A DNA stretch of 64,000 bases, from the NCBI GenBank assembly GCA_963768625.1, contig CAVYIK010000003.1:64625-128624 (forward strand), read 5' to 3'. A program made the position numbers and the translations under genes. Below are positions 39,383-49,346 of this stretch, in pieces (position 1 is the stretch's first letter; each line of letters starts with the position of its first letter). Source of the DNA: an uncultured bacterium. GTDB taxonomy: Bacteria > Patescibacteriota > Minisyncoccia > UBA6257 > 2-01-FULL-56-20. Under the pieces are notes generated by a model. The model was given only the letters and a program-made list of their open reading frames with translations, searched no databases and was not told the DNA's origin.

Positions 39383-40144
39383 ATGGCGTTTTCCCCGGAA
39401 AAGGGAGGGTATTTTAATAAAAAAGGCGAAGAAATCGATTTCAGTGAAAAACGGCTCCAGTTTTGGTTAGAAAACATACCTCCAGATATACGAAGGCTGG
39501 AACACGACCTGCTCAAGGGCCAGCGAGAACTGCTCCTCGCAAACTTTTATCAGCACGACAACCAGAGCAAGAAGGGCAGATTTATCCTAATCCCGGGGTA
39601 TACAGAGGAGGCACGACAAGCCTCCTGGGAAGAATTTCAAGCCAGCTTCCCGTGGGGCGAGGAACGCAAAGAGCGCTTCGCAAATATCATCAAACAGACA
39701 CGGGCCGATCTCCCATCGCTTCTTGAAAAAAATTCAGATGTCATTCCAAAAGACAAAATCAAACTCATTGCTCTGGCCGGCTCCTCACTTTATGGTCCAC
39801 GGAAGCAAGGCGAGCGGCTCTCCGATGTTGACGTCAACATCTTACTCGACGAGAAGACGGCCAAGCGGAATTTCGACCTCCTCCCCGACATACGAAAAAC
39901 AGAGGAAATCCCCTATCACCTCTTCGGAACCGGGTACACCGATGAAGCCAGAGGTCAGCGAAGGATACATTGGATGCTGTATCCTCACTTTCCACTGGAA
40001 AATCATATGGGCGAGGAGGAAACAAAAACTCTCATCGCCGATTTGCTCGCCGGAGCGGAAGCGAGGAAACCCAAAATCATTGAATACATGCACGGCATTG
40101 AACGACGGCTCAGGGAACGCGAGGAGCCACAGGCATTAGGATAA
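39383..40144 (+). CDS. hypothetical protein with possible Pol-beta-type nucleotidyltransferase core
   Basis: 253 aa. LAGSSLYGPRKQGERLSDVDVNILLD resembles the GS-x(n)-DxD minimal NTase motif. A TATAAT lies 6 nt upstream of the ATG. Confidence 0.55.
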   Translation: MAFSPEKGGYFNKKGEEIDFSEKRLQFWLENIPPDIRRLEHDLLKGQRELLLANFYQHDNQSKKGRFILIPGYTEEARQASWEEFQASFPWGEERKERFANIIKQTRADLPSLLEKNSDVIPKDKIKLIALAGSSLYGPRKQGERLSDVDVNILLDEKTAKRNFDLLPDIRKTEEIPYHLFGTGYTDEARGQRRIHWMLYPHFPLENHMGEEETKTLIADLLAGAEARKPKIIEYMHGIERRLREREEPQALG

Positions 40145-40146
40145 CC

Positions 40147-41100
40147 ATGAAACGACCTGTCTACGTTGCCACGGTCTGCGGCGGCCAATCTTCAGAACAC
40201 GAGGTGTCACTGAAGACGGGGTTAATGATCCTCAAAAACTTAGATCGCCGAAAGTACCAACCAACCCTCGTGGTCATCGAAAAGGATGGTAAGTGGAATT
40301 TCGGCGATGGGAAATTGATTGACATAAGCGACGCGATCAAACGCATCAAACGCTTTGACCTCGTCTTCATTGCCATCCACGGCGCATTCGGGGAAGATGG
40401 CCGCTTTCAGGCCTTGCTTGAGTGGATCGGCATCCCCTATACCGGTTCTCACGTGCTCAGTTCCGCGATGGCGATGGATAAGGAGATTTCAAATATTCTT
40501 TATGAAGAGAATGGGCTGCGGATGCCTCGTTATGCCGTGGTCAAAAAGGGGCAGAGGATCAGACTCAAATTTCCATTTGTTATAAAACCGGCGAACGGCG
40601 GCTCAAGCGTCGGCATATCAATAGCAAAAACGGGAAAGGATTTGCGGACCGGCCTTAAAAAGGCTTTTCGTGAAGATGGCCGCGCGATGATTCAAGAATA
40701 TATTCGAGGCCGTGAGTTCACCTGCGGCGTACTGGAAAACAAGCGCGGAAAACCCTTCGCCCTCCCGCCAACCGAGATCATCCCAAAAACATCTTCATTC
40801 TTTGACTATGGAGCGAAATACAAAGTGGGGGGTAGTTTGGAAATTACCCCACCGCGATTACCCAAACGCAAGATCCGAGAACTTCAACGGATGGCCCTGA
40901 GGGCTCATGAAATACTGGGATGCATGGGAATGTCCCGCTCCGACTTCATGCTAAAAGGATCTGCCTTCTATATCTTGGAAACCAATACCATTCCAGGCAT
41001 GACCCAAACGAGTTTGTTGCCGCAAGCAGCAAAAGCTGCAGGAATCAGTTTTCCTGCGATGCTCGATTTAATTATCGCGGCTGGATTACGGAGGAAATAA
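40147..41100 (+). CDS. ddl: D-alanine--D-alanine ligase
   Basis: 317 aa with GGQSSEHEVS, IAIHGAFGEDG, FVIKPANGGSSVGI and ILETNTIPGMT. Confidence 0.9.
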   Translation: MKRPVYVATVCGGQSSEHEVSLKTGLMILKNLDRRKYQPTLVVIEKDGKWNFGDGKLIDISDAIKRIKRFDLVFIAIHGAFGEDGRFQALLEWIGIPYTGSHVLSSAMAMDKEISNILYEENGLRMPRYAVVKKGQRIRLKFPFVIKPANGGSSVGISIAKTGKDLRTGLKKAFREDGRAMIQEYIRGREFTCGVLENKRGKPFALPPTEIIPKTSSFFDYGAKYKVGGSLEITPPRLPKRKIRELQRMALRAHEILGCMGMSRSDFMLKGSAFYILETNTIPGMTQTSLLPQAAKAAGISFPAMLDLIIAAGLRRK

Positions 41101-41157
41101 GTATCTACGGAAAAACCTACGACGCAGGCTAGAGTGAAGTAGCTTCAGGTATCCTAG

Positions 41158-41228
41158 TGGACTCAGCGAGAATCGAACTCGCGTCTCCGCAATGCGAATG
41201 CGGCGTATTACCACTATACTATGAGCCC
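41158..41228 (-). tRNA. tRNA-Ala (anticodon CGC)
   Basis: GGGCTCA-TA-GTAT-AGTGGTA-ATAC-G-CCGCA-TTCGCAT-TGCGG-AGAC-GCGAG-TTCGATT-CTCGC-TGAGTCC-A. It has the G3:U70 identity pair. CCA is not encoded. Confidence 0.85.
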
Positions 41229-41366
41229 GAAGCGAGGAGAAAACGGGAAAATCTATTTTCACGTTTTCTACGAGCGAGGGCACACGCGGCGCAGCCGCGG
41301 GAGCCCGTCGCACCGTCGGATGGATGATATCACGAAAAATTGTTCGTTTCAACTGAAGTGGGCACT

Positions 41367-41544
41367 GCCTCCGCATAGGTCTTGTTTTTGAACCGTGGCG
41401 GGAGGCGAGGGTAAGCGCGGCATGAGCGAGCAGAAAATTTGACGGGACCCCCGTGCTTGTCGCGGAGGGTGGCAAATTTTCGTAAGCGAGCGAATGCCGC
41501 GCCCGAGCCGGAGCCGGGTTCAAAAACAAGACCTATGCGGAGGC
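41367..41544. repeat. 178-bp element: perfect 28-bp inverted repeats enclosing 122 nt with nested repeats; right arm contains the smc stop codon
   Basis: GCCTCCGCATAGGTCTTGTTTTTGAACC (41367-94) is the exact reverse complement of 41517-44. The interior has GCGCGGCAT...AAAATTTG / CAAATTTT...ATGCCGCGC. Confidence 0.85.
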
Positions 41545-43758
41545 GGCCGGTTCCAGCTTCAATGACACGATCTTTGACGTCCCATCCTCATCCAGCGTCA
41601 CGCCATAGAGGATATCCGCCGCCTCCATCGTCGCCCGGTTGTGCGTGACCACGATGAACTGCGTGCGCTTGGAAAATTCCTTGAGCATGTCCCCGAAGCG
41701 CCGCGCGTTTCGTTCGTCAAGCGGCGCATCCACCTCGTCCAAGACAAGGAACGGCGGCGGGCTCACGGAAACCATCGCAAAGAGCGCGGCGATGCCCACC
41801 AAGCTCCGCTCGCCGCCCGAGAGCATATCAAGCGTCGTGACCTTCTTGCGCGGCAATTTCACGTCTATTTCAATCCCGCCATCTTTCTCAATCGCAAATT
41901 CCTTTTCCACTTCCTCCGCGACGCTTTCCGCTTCCTCGTTTTCGCCGCCCTCCTCCCCCTCCTCGTCTTTTTTGGGCAACCGCGGCTTTTCGACCTTGAG
42001 CTTCGCCGTCCCGCCGCCGAACATAAGCCCGAAGAATTTTTCGAACTCGTTATTGATCTTCCCGAGCGATTTATCAAATTCTGTCTTTATCTTCTCGCTC
42101 AATTCCTGCATGAGGCCCGTGAGGTCAGCGACCGCCTTTTCCAAGTCCTCCGATTCCTTCGTGAGGAATCCGTACCGCTCTTCCGTATCGCGCGCTTCTT
42201 TCATAAGCGCCTCGTCTATCTCGCCGATGGACGCGAGGTCGCCGCGCAAGCGGAAAAGCCGCCGCTCGGCTTCGCGAAGGTCGGCTTCGTGCATTTCCGC
42301 AGGGACCCGCGCGTGCGCAAAGTCCTCCGCCTTACGCCCGGCTTGTTCTATCTGCCGTAATACCTCCTCGCGCCGCAGGTCCAGTCGCTCCTTCTCAAGC
42401 AAAAGCTCCCGGTGCGCATTTTCCCATTCCCCTATCCGGTTCTTCGCCGTCTGCACATCCGCCACCGCCGCCTTGAAGACTTTATAAAATCCTTCCTGGT
42501 TCTGTTCCAGTGATTTCTCCTTCTCGCGGAGCGAGGCGAGTTCTTTATCAAGCCCCTCCAAATCGCGCGAAAGCTTTTCAAGCTGGGACTTCAAACCGGC
42601 CGCAGCCCCGCTCGCGGCGGCACCCGATTTCCTTTCTCCCCTTTCTTTGAGGATATCCGCTATCTCTTCAAGGATATTCTCCACCGTTGCATGGAGCTCA
42701 AGCGCATCCTCGTCAAGCGCCCGCTTCGAGCTCTTCGTTGATCATATTGATAAGGTTGATCAGTCGTTCGGCCGACGGTCCCGCAGGCGCGATCGCGCCC
42801 GATGACTGCGCAAGTTCCATCTGCGCCTCAAGCCGGCCCAGGTCCTTCTGTAGCGCACTGCGCCGCTCCATGAGCGAGCGGATGTCCCCCTTGATCCCGC
42901 CAAGCGCCTTTTTCTCTTCCGGCTGGCTCGCTTCAACTTCCGCCTGGCGGGCTTCCGCCGTTTTGCGCTCTTTTTCCAAGCCGTCGGACTGCTTTTTGCT
43001 CACTGAAATTTTTTCCTCCGCCGCCTTCCCTTTTTCGCCAAGCTCTTTCAATTGGAAACCGAAGAACTGCTCCTCAAGCGTGCGCAGCTCTTCTTCTAGG
43101 GCGCCACGCCGTTCCCACCGGTTCGTCTGGCGTTTGAGCGAACGAAGGTGCGGCAAAATTTCTTCAACGAGCGCCTTCGTCTTATCCAAATTGATGCGGC
43201 TGTTCTTGAGCCGCCGCTCGGCGTCCGCTTTCTTGAGCTGGTACTCGCGGAGGCCCAGAATCTCTTCTATCATCTCGCGCCGCTCCATCGGCGTGGAACG
43301 GATAAAGAGATCACTGTCGCCCTGGCCGATGATGATGAGTCCGCGGCTCCCCATGCGCGCTTTTGCGAAAAAATCAACGAGGTCGCGCAAGAGCACCTCT
43401 GCCTTGTTCAAAAAATATTTGCTGTCACCGCTCCGGGAGATCTGCCGCGTGATCGACCACTTCTTCAAAATCCACCGGGAAGAACTTGTTCCGGTTCTCA
43501 AAGTGCAGACTCGCGTTTGCCATTCCCACGCGCGGCCGCTTTTGCGTGCCCGCAAAAATAAGGTCCTCCACTTTACCGCCACGGAGGTTCTTCGTGTCGC
43601 GTTCGCCGAGGAGCCACCGCAAGGCATCCACGATATTGGACTTCCCGGAACCGTTCGGCCCCACGACCGCAACGATCCCCGCCGGAAATTCCAAAACCGT
43701 CTTTCCCGCAAAGGATTTGAAGCCGTTCAATTCAAGCCGTTTCAGAAAAGTGCGCCAT
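41533..43758 (-). pseudogene. smc: SMC-family chromosome segregation ATPase, short (~740 aa, no obvious hinge); at least 3 frameshifts as given
   Basis: Head N: LKRLELNGFKSFAGKTVLEFPAGIVAVVGPNGSGKSN (43425..43730). Coiled coil is in 42713..43711. Head C is in 41533..42684 (LSGGERSL, LVLDEVDAPLD). The ATG at 43758 needs a 1-nt correction in a T-run. Confidence 0.8.
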
Positions 43759-44443
43759 TATTTATGCTTTTTGAGCGCGTTCTTCGCCGCCTCGAGCTCG
43801 GCTTCCTGCTTGGACGCGCCCTCGCCCTCCGCCATGAGCTTGTCGCCGAAATAGACGCCCATCTTGAACATGCGCTTGTGTGCCGGACCGGATTCGTCCA
43901 AGCATCTGGTACGTCGGCGTGATCTTCAATTTTTCCTGGATGAGTTCCTGCAGTTCGCTCTTCGCATCCTTGTAGCTTTTCGTCTTCATCACTTCGTCCA
44001 GATTGTTCATCACGAACTTTTTGCACGAACGGGCGAACTTTTTCCAGCCCCTGGTCAAGATACATCGCGCCGATCACCGCCTCTATCGCGTTCGCCAAAA
44101 TGACCTCGCGCGCTTTGCCCGTATCTTTCTTCTCGCCGCGCGACATCAAGATAAAATCATCTAAGCCCACGTCCTCCGCCACCCTCGCAAGGATTTGATA
44201 GTTCACGAGCGCCGCGCGGAGCACCGTGAGCTTGCCTTCGGGATAGTCCGGAAATTTCGCGAATAGCTCCTCGGAAACGAGGAGCTCCAAGACCGCGTCG
44301 CCTAGATATTCCAGGCGCTCATTGTGCGGCAAATGCCACCGCGGGAACTCATTCAGATATGAGCGATGCGTGAGCGCTTCCGTAAGCAGGTCTTTGTTCT
44401 TGAAGGGAATTCCGATTTTTTTTTCCAGTTTTTCCAAGTCCAT
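43758..44443 (-). pseudogene. rnc: ribonuclease III; 2 frameshifts as given
   Basis: ALTHRSY, NERLEYLGDAVL and ANAIEAVIGAMYLD are in ORF 43742..44443. The dsRBD continues in 43762..44058 and a third frame (ESGPAHKRMFKMGVYFGDKLMAEGEGASKQEAELEAAKNALKKHK*). There is a TAATG overlap with smc. Confidence 0.85.
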
Positions 44444-44455
44444 GGTGTGCTGTTC

Positions 44456-44926
44456 CTACTTTTTCTTTTCCGCCTGCGCTCTTTTCCGCGGCACCTGCGG
44501 TACTTCCGCTCGCCCACTTCCCGGTAGATGGTGCCCAAGACGCCGTTCATGAACCGCGCGGCGTTCGGTCCGCCGTAATTCTTCGCAAGCTCGATTGACT
44601 CGTTGATGGCGACTTTCGGCGGCACCTCGTCCGGGTCGGCGTAGAAAAGCTCATACAGCCCGATGCGCAAAATATTCCGGTCAATGATCGCGATCTTGTC
44701 GAGCGGCCATTCGGGCGCCGCCTTCGTGATCACATTATCAATATGCTTCAAATGCTCCGCAACGCCCTTCAATATCTTCCACGCGAATTCCGGCTCATCA
44801 ATGCCCGGCGCGAATTCGTTGAGGTTCCGCTCCAGGATCTCCGTAATGTCCTTTTTTTGCCCATAAAAATCCCACTCGTAGAGCGTTTGGAGGATGACGG
44901 TCCGTATTAAGATGTCGTGTGGCCAT
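44456..44926 (-). pseudogene. nusB: transcription antitermination factor NusB; 1-2 frameshifts as given
   Basis: ATG at 44926 gives MATRHLN, then a shift into [17 protein letters not shown]...[14 protein letters not shown] (ORF 44353..44772). The probable true stop is at 44456. Confidence 0.75.
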
Positions 44927-44968
44927 GATTTGCAAAGAACTGACCGCCCTATCCGCCCGCCCGCATCG

Positions 44969-45122
44969 TTATTTCACCCCGCATTGCGGGCAGGCGCGGT
45001 GCGCAAGCTTCGGCGCGCCGCAGTTCTTGCAAACAAAAAGGCGCTGCTTTCTTCATCGCCAAGTGCGAACGCCTCCGACCAACTTTGCCTTTTGAATGAT
45101 GTTTTACCGGTACGCCTCCCAT
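44969..45122 (-). pseudogene. rpmF: 50S ribosomal protein L32; 1 frameshift as given
   Basis: MGGVPVKHHSKGKVGRRRSHLAMKKAA, then a shift gives [23 protein letters not shown] (a CxxC...CxxC zinc ribbon). Not in the ORF track. Confidence 0.7.
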
Positions 45123-45127
45123 TGAAT

Positions 45128-45779
45128 TTATGCTCTCATAATAGCCGATTTTCCGCTAAACGTCAAACGGTGCGCCGGGCACGGGCCGTGCTTTTTGATC
45201 GCGCGGCGGTGGGCGCCCGTGCCATATCCCTTATGGATCTCAAACCCATACTTCGGATATTTTTTTGCCAAGCGGCACATCAAGCGATCGCGATAGACCT
45301 TCGCCACAATGGAGGCCGACTTTGATGGCGCTTATTTTCTCGTCGCCTTTTATGACCGTCTTGGTACTCCTCGGGCGGGCGGCACGGTCGCTACTCCTCC
45401 CCCCGCCATTGCCCAAAAACAGCCCGCCGTCGAGGAAAACAAGGCCTTGGACGGCGAGCCGCTCAAAGGCCCGTTCTGCTGCAATATTCGCCGCCTTTGA
45501 GATGTTACGCTTTTCTATCTGCCGCGGATAAACCCGGGCGACAGCGAATTCAATTTGGGGATGATCGCTGAAATATGCCGCCCATGCCTCCCGTCGCGCC
45601 ACGCTCAATTTTTTAGAGTCTTTTAATTTCCCGAGTGCGCGGCTCCGTGGCACGAATCCCGCGGGCAATGCCGCCGCCGCAACGACGACCGGCCCCGCGA
45701 GCGCCCCGCGGCCCACTTCATCAATGCCCACGATCCATCGCCCGTGCTTGCCATGCCTGCACCCATTGTTCCTCCGCAT
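45128..45779 (-). pseudogene. rnhB: ribonuclease HII; 1 frameshift as given
   Basis: IVGIDEVGRGALAGPVV is in ORF 45240..45938. The C-terminus continues in another frame ([53 protein letters not shown]). Confidence 0.85.
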
Positions 45780-45865
45780 AAAAAAATCATCGCACGGATC
45801 GCCGAAAAAGAAAAAGGGCTCTGCGCGATGGAACGTGCACAGAGCCTTGCCTGCCTGCTGAAATC

Positions 45866-46444
45866 TTATGGCTTGAACTTTTTGAGTCCCCCGAGCCCGA
45901 ATTGATACTTCACCGCCCCGAACGCCCGGATGTCCCACAAAGCTCTTGTGGTCGGGTCAGGGCTTATCTCTTTCCCGACCTGACCGCTCAACGTGAAACC
46001 GCGCTTGAAATCATGCGCGATCCCCACTCCCGGAGTCGCATGGTATCCCGTGCTTCGGTCATGGAAAGCATCGCCGAAAGGATCCGAGAAATTGGTGTCT
46101 CCCCCGCGCCATCCATTTTCAAACCAGAAAAAAGGACGGATGCCGTGCATTTGTTTCCACGAGAGGCTGAAGCCAAGATTTCTCGTCTCGTCGTGTCCCC
46201 ATGCCTTACCACCGTTCGTCGGCTTATGGTACCAGGAATACGACAGGCCGAAATACGGTTCTAGGGAAAAGTTCTTAGGAAGTTTTATCTGGACTCCTAC
46301 CTGACCGATCCCGCCGAAGGCGGTCCCGCTTTTCCCTATCCCCCCGCTCGCGAACATCTTGAAGTCGCTTTGCGCTCGGACTGGGGTGGCGAAAGCGACT
46401 ACGACGAATAACAACGTCACAGCTAGTATTTTGCTTACCCTCAT
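45866..46444 (-). CDS. secreted protein with amphipathic beta-strand pattern (possible 8-stranded beta-barrel)
   Basis: Signal peptide MRVSKILAVTLLFVVVAFATPVRAQS. Alternating aromatic/polar stretches follow (YFGLSYSWY, LGFSLSWK, FFWFENGW, FGAVKYQF). Confidence 0.6.
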   Translation of the reverse strand: MRVSKILAVTLLFVVVAFATPVRAQSDFKMFASGGIGKSGTAFGGIGQVGVQIKLPKNFSLEPYFGLSYSWYHKPTNGGKAWGHDETRNLGFSLSWKQMHGIRPFFWFENGWRGGDTNFSDPFGDAFHDRSTGYHATPGVGIAHDFKRGFTLSGQVGKEISPDPTTRALWDIRAFGAVKYQFGLGGLKKFKP

Positions 46445-46513
46445 CGGGCACGCTCCATTCCTGCTAGGGCTTATACTGCTGCGGTCTATTCTATTCCCCT
46501 TTCCGGGAAGACG

Positions 46514-46891
46514 TCAAAAGCCGCCGATGTTCCCGATATTGTTCACGCTGGACTGGACGGTCTGCTGTATCCAAACGATGGCGAGCCAAAAAGTGACGAT
46601 GGTGGAAATGGCCATGAGCACGATGGCGATGATGCCGATCTGTTTCGCATTCTCGTCGTCCGATTTCAAATATTTTATTCCTGGCCAGTGGCTGATCCCC
46701 AGGAACGCGATCATCGGCATGATAATGCTGAAAATGTAGATCCACGCCTGCGTGCCCGGCGAAGTGGAAAGTGGTTTTTCGCTGAGCGACTTCCCGCAAT
46801 TCGGACAGAAATAAAATTCCGGCGCAACCGGCTGATGGCACTGCGGGCAAACAAGCGGCGCGGGAACAGAAGGGGTGGTCTCCATGGTCAC
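46514..46891 (-). CDS. zinc-ribbon domain membrane protein
   Basis: CPQC-x(12)-CPNC at the N-terminus, followed by two TM helices. Confidence 0.65.
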   Translation of the reverse strand: MTMETTPSVPAPLVCPQCHQPVAPEFYFCPNCGKSLSEKPLSTSPGTQAWIYIFSIIMPMIAFLGISHWPGIKYLKSDDENAKQIGIIAIVLMAISTIVTFWLAIVWIQQTVQSSVNNIGNIGGF

Positions 46892-46949
46892 TTTATTTTA
46901 TCACGCATTTGAAATAATGCGGAATTTATCGTAGAATAACGATGGAAAT

Positions 46950-47022
46950 GCCCCTATAGCTCAGTTGGTAGAGCAGCTCCCTTTTAAGGAGACGGTCCCA
47001 GGTTCGAATCCTGGTGGGGGCA
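46950..47022 (+). tRNA. tRNA-Lys (anticodon UUU)
   Basis: GCCCCTA-TA-GCTC-AGTTGGTA-GAGC-A-GCTCC-CTTTTAA-GGAGA-CGGTC-CCAGG-TTCGAAT-CCTGG-TGGGGGC-A. CCA is not encoded. Confidence 0.9.
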
Positions 47023-47128
47023 CACACAACATTTCGTATCGCAGCATCGTGAGAGCCGACACCCTAGCGCGACCGCGAGACACCAGGTTTATAATAGAAA
47101 GATGTGCTGGTTTTGGAAACGAAAATCT

Positions 47129-47887
47129 ATGGACTTCAAACAATCTTCTATTCCAGAAATATTGGACAGCGAGCGAGAGATGGTTCTTGCCGGTGCCAAG
47201 CGGTACGGCGAGTTTTTCGAGAATGCTTCCGGATTTAATAACCTTCTGAATAATTTGATCAAGTCCATCGATAAGCCGGATAGATTTATTTTTATTCTGT
47301 TTTATTCACAGGTTAAAAAGCATCACACCCTAGCTCTTTTCTCGGCACTCCGGCTCCATCACCTTCAAGCCGGAATGGACCTGAGGCAAACCGTCGAGGC
47401 GGCGCAGTGGGCAGCGTATGCGATGGATAGTCCTCAAAAGGAGAAATTCGTCGAGGAGGATGAAAGCGGCCTCGTCATCACAAAAAAGAAACACCAAAAA
47501 GCGATGTACGCATGGCTTGATAAAAATTTTGACGTTAAGGCGGGAGAATTCAAAAATTTGAAGGGACAAATCAGTGGATCGGTTGCTCATTCAAGCATCA
47601 TTTATGCGTTCCAGAATTTTGAAATGCGGCCAGCCCATAACCCTGGGTTCAAAATCCCATTTTTCGACATAGAAGATGATCATGTGGTGAAGACGGACCT
47701 GTGGTCCGTTGCGAATACCGCACTCGGCGTGTTGGATTTGTTCTATGGTGCCAATGAGCGTTATAAAGTTTTTAGATTGGTGGATGGCTTTGATGCTAGA
47801 TACCAAGAACTCGTTAAACAAAATAACAAGCTGAAAGGTGAAATGATGCAGAGCGAAAGATTTAAAAAAGCTACTTCGCGAGAGTGA
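47129..47887 (+). CDS. hypothetical protein (island cargo)
   Basis: Internal ATG (MDFKQSS) of ORF 47102..47887. No motif recognised. Confidence 0.6.
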   Translation: MDFKQSSIPEILDSEREMVLAGAKRYGEFFENASGFNNLLNNLIKSIDKPDRFIFILFYSQVKKHHTLALFSALRLHHLQAGMDLRQTVEAAQWAAYAMDSPQKEKFVEEDESGLVITKKKHQKAMYAWLDKNFDVKAGEFKNLKGQISGSVAHSSIIYAFQNFEMRPAHNPGFKIPFFDIEDDHVVKTDLWSVANTALGVLDLFYGANERYKVFRLVDGFDARYQELVKQNNKLKGEMMQSERFKKATSRE

Positions 47888-49208
47888 GTGTCTTCTGACT
47901 GAACACGAGCTTACTCTTGAAGCAGGATAGTAACTCTCGCTTCTCCATCGCGCTACCTTTCTTGAGAAGATATTTTGCATAGGTTTTGAGGTCGATTTCT
48001 TTGGTAGCCTCTTTTGGGGCTTCGCCCAAAACGTCATTCGTGAATTTGCGGTACCGCTCCATCTCATCCTCAAATTTCTTTTGCATCCCGATCTCGCTGA
48101 TATCCATCCCGTCGATAATGGTGAGGAGTTGCGCAATCAATTCTTCCTCGCGAATATATCCACATTTGCAATCCTTGTCTTTCGACCTTGTGCATCCATA
48201 GTAAACGTACCGTACAGTGGTGCCGTTCTTATGCGCCTTGTATTTCTCGCACGCACTGATGCCCGATCCGCATAGGCCGCAGCTGATCAGCTTCGTGAAA
48301 GCGAATTCCTTTATCTCCGACCTGATCACGAAATCGCGGTGGAGCTGTTCCTGCACTTTGTCGAACAGCTCACGCGATATTATTGCTTCGTGCTTGCCTG
48401 TATACCAGTTCCCACTTTTCAACGGATATTCAAAGATGCCGCAGTAGAATGGGTTTTTGAGGATGATGTAAATATTCGAGAGCGAAAGCGCTTTTCCGTT
48501 TTTCGTCCTGAATTTTGTCTCGGATTTGAGCCAATGATAGAGCTTACGGCCGGACCACTGTTCGTCCGCGACTTTCTGAAATATCTGCTTGATGACGGAT
48601 GCTCGCATCGAATCGATGATAACTTCGCATGGACGGTCCGTGCGTTTTTCGTTGAGATATCCAGTGGGCGCGATTGATGGACGGAGTCCTTGCTCGCATC
48701 GCGTCCTCAAGCCGCGTTTCACATTTTCTGATTTATTGTCATTTTCCAATTTTGCCTGGCTGCATAGAATCATCAGCATGAATTTCTCGCTCGGCGAGTT
48801 CGTGAATTTCTGGCTAAAGGTACGGATTTCGATTAGCAATTTTTGATCCATCAAATCCACCAGCGAGCCGAGGTCGCCCGCGTTACGGCTCAACCGATCT
48901 GGCGCCCATGTGAGAATGCCATTGAATTTGCCGGAACGAATGTCGGTCAGTAGCTCATTGAAAATCTTGCGTTGCCCGACCGCTTTTGCAGAGTGATTTT
49001 CTTTTCTTACCTCCGCGATCTCAAGACCGTCGCGCTCGGCGATCTTCAACATCTCCTTTATCTGGCTATCGATCGAGAGGACCTGTTGCTCTTCGCTCTC
49101 GGTACTCTTTCTCGCATAGAGGCAGTATTTTATTTTTATGGCCTCGGCCCTTGCTACGGAAACGCCCGACTGGTCCCAACTCTTTGGTATGGTTGTTATT
49201 TTCTCCAT
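47871..49208 (-). CDS. large serine recombinase (resolvase/invertase N-domain + recombinase domain + zinc ribbon)
   Basis: CLYARKSTESEEQQVLSIDSQ (catalytic Ser region), APDRLSRN, and a Cys cluster CGLCGSG...YYGC...C.C. Confidence 0.85.
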   Translation of the reverse strand: MEKITTIPKSWDQSGVSVARAEAIKIKYCLYARKSTESEEQQVLSIDSQIKEMLKIAERDGLEIAEVRKENHSAKAVGQRKIFNELLTDIRSGKFNGILTWAPDRLSRNAGDLGSLVDLMDQKLLIEIRTFSQKFTNSPSEKFMLMILCSQAKLENDNKSENVKRGLRTRCEQGLRPSIAPTGYLNEKRTDRPCEVIIDSMRASVIKQIFQKVADEQWSGRKLYHWLKSETKFRTKNGKALSLSNIYIILKNPFYCGIFEYPLKSGNWYTGKHEAIISRELFDKVQEQLHRDFVIRSEIKEFAFTKLISCGLCGSGISACEKYKAHKNGTTVRYVYYGCTRSKDKDCKCGYIREEELIAQLLTIIDGMDISEIGMQKKFEDEMERYRKFTNDVLGEAPKEATKEIDLKTYAKYLLKKGSAMEKRELLSCFKSKLVFSQKTLTLAK

Positions 49209-49346
49209 ACCTCAAGGGATGCCGCAACGGTGGCAGGAATCCAGAGCGTCCGAATTGGTAACTCAAAGACCCCTACAAGGCGACGAAGGGGCAAAGAAGG
49301 CAAGGAGCGTGATGTCCCCAATTTTTTCGGTAGTCAAAATGCTACA

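Noticed and set aside
41639-43922. Long +strand ORFs (282, 239 and 411 aa; Ser/Arg-rich)
   Set aside because: They are antisense to smc. They are low-complexity, and the minus strand carries the SMC head motifs.
48972-49346. N-terminal 125 codons of the 574-aa ORF 48972..50696
   Set aside because: This stretch is antisense to the 5' part of the serine recombinase. The real start is at 49347 or 49356, preceded by a -10 box and followed by a TM helix.
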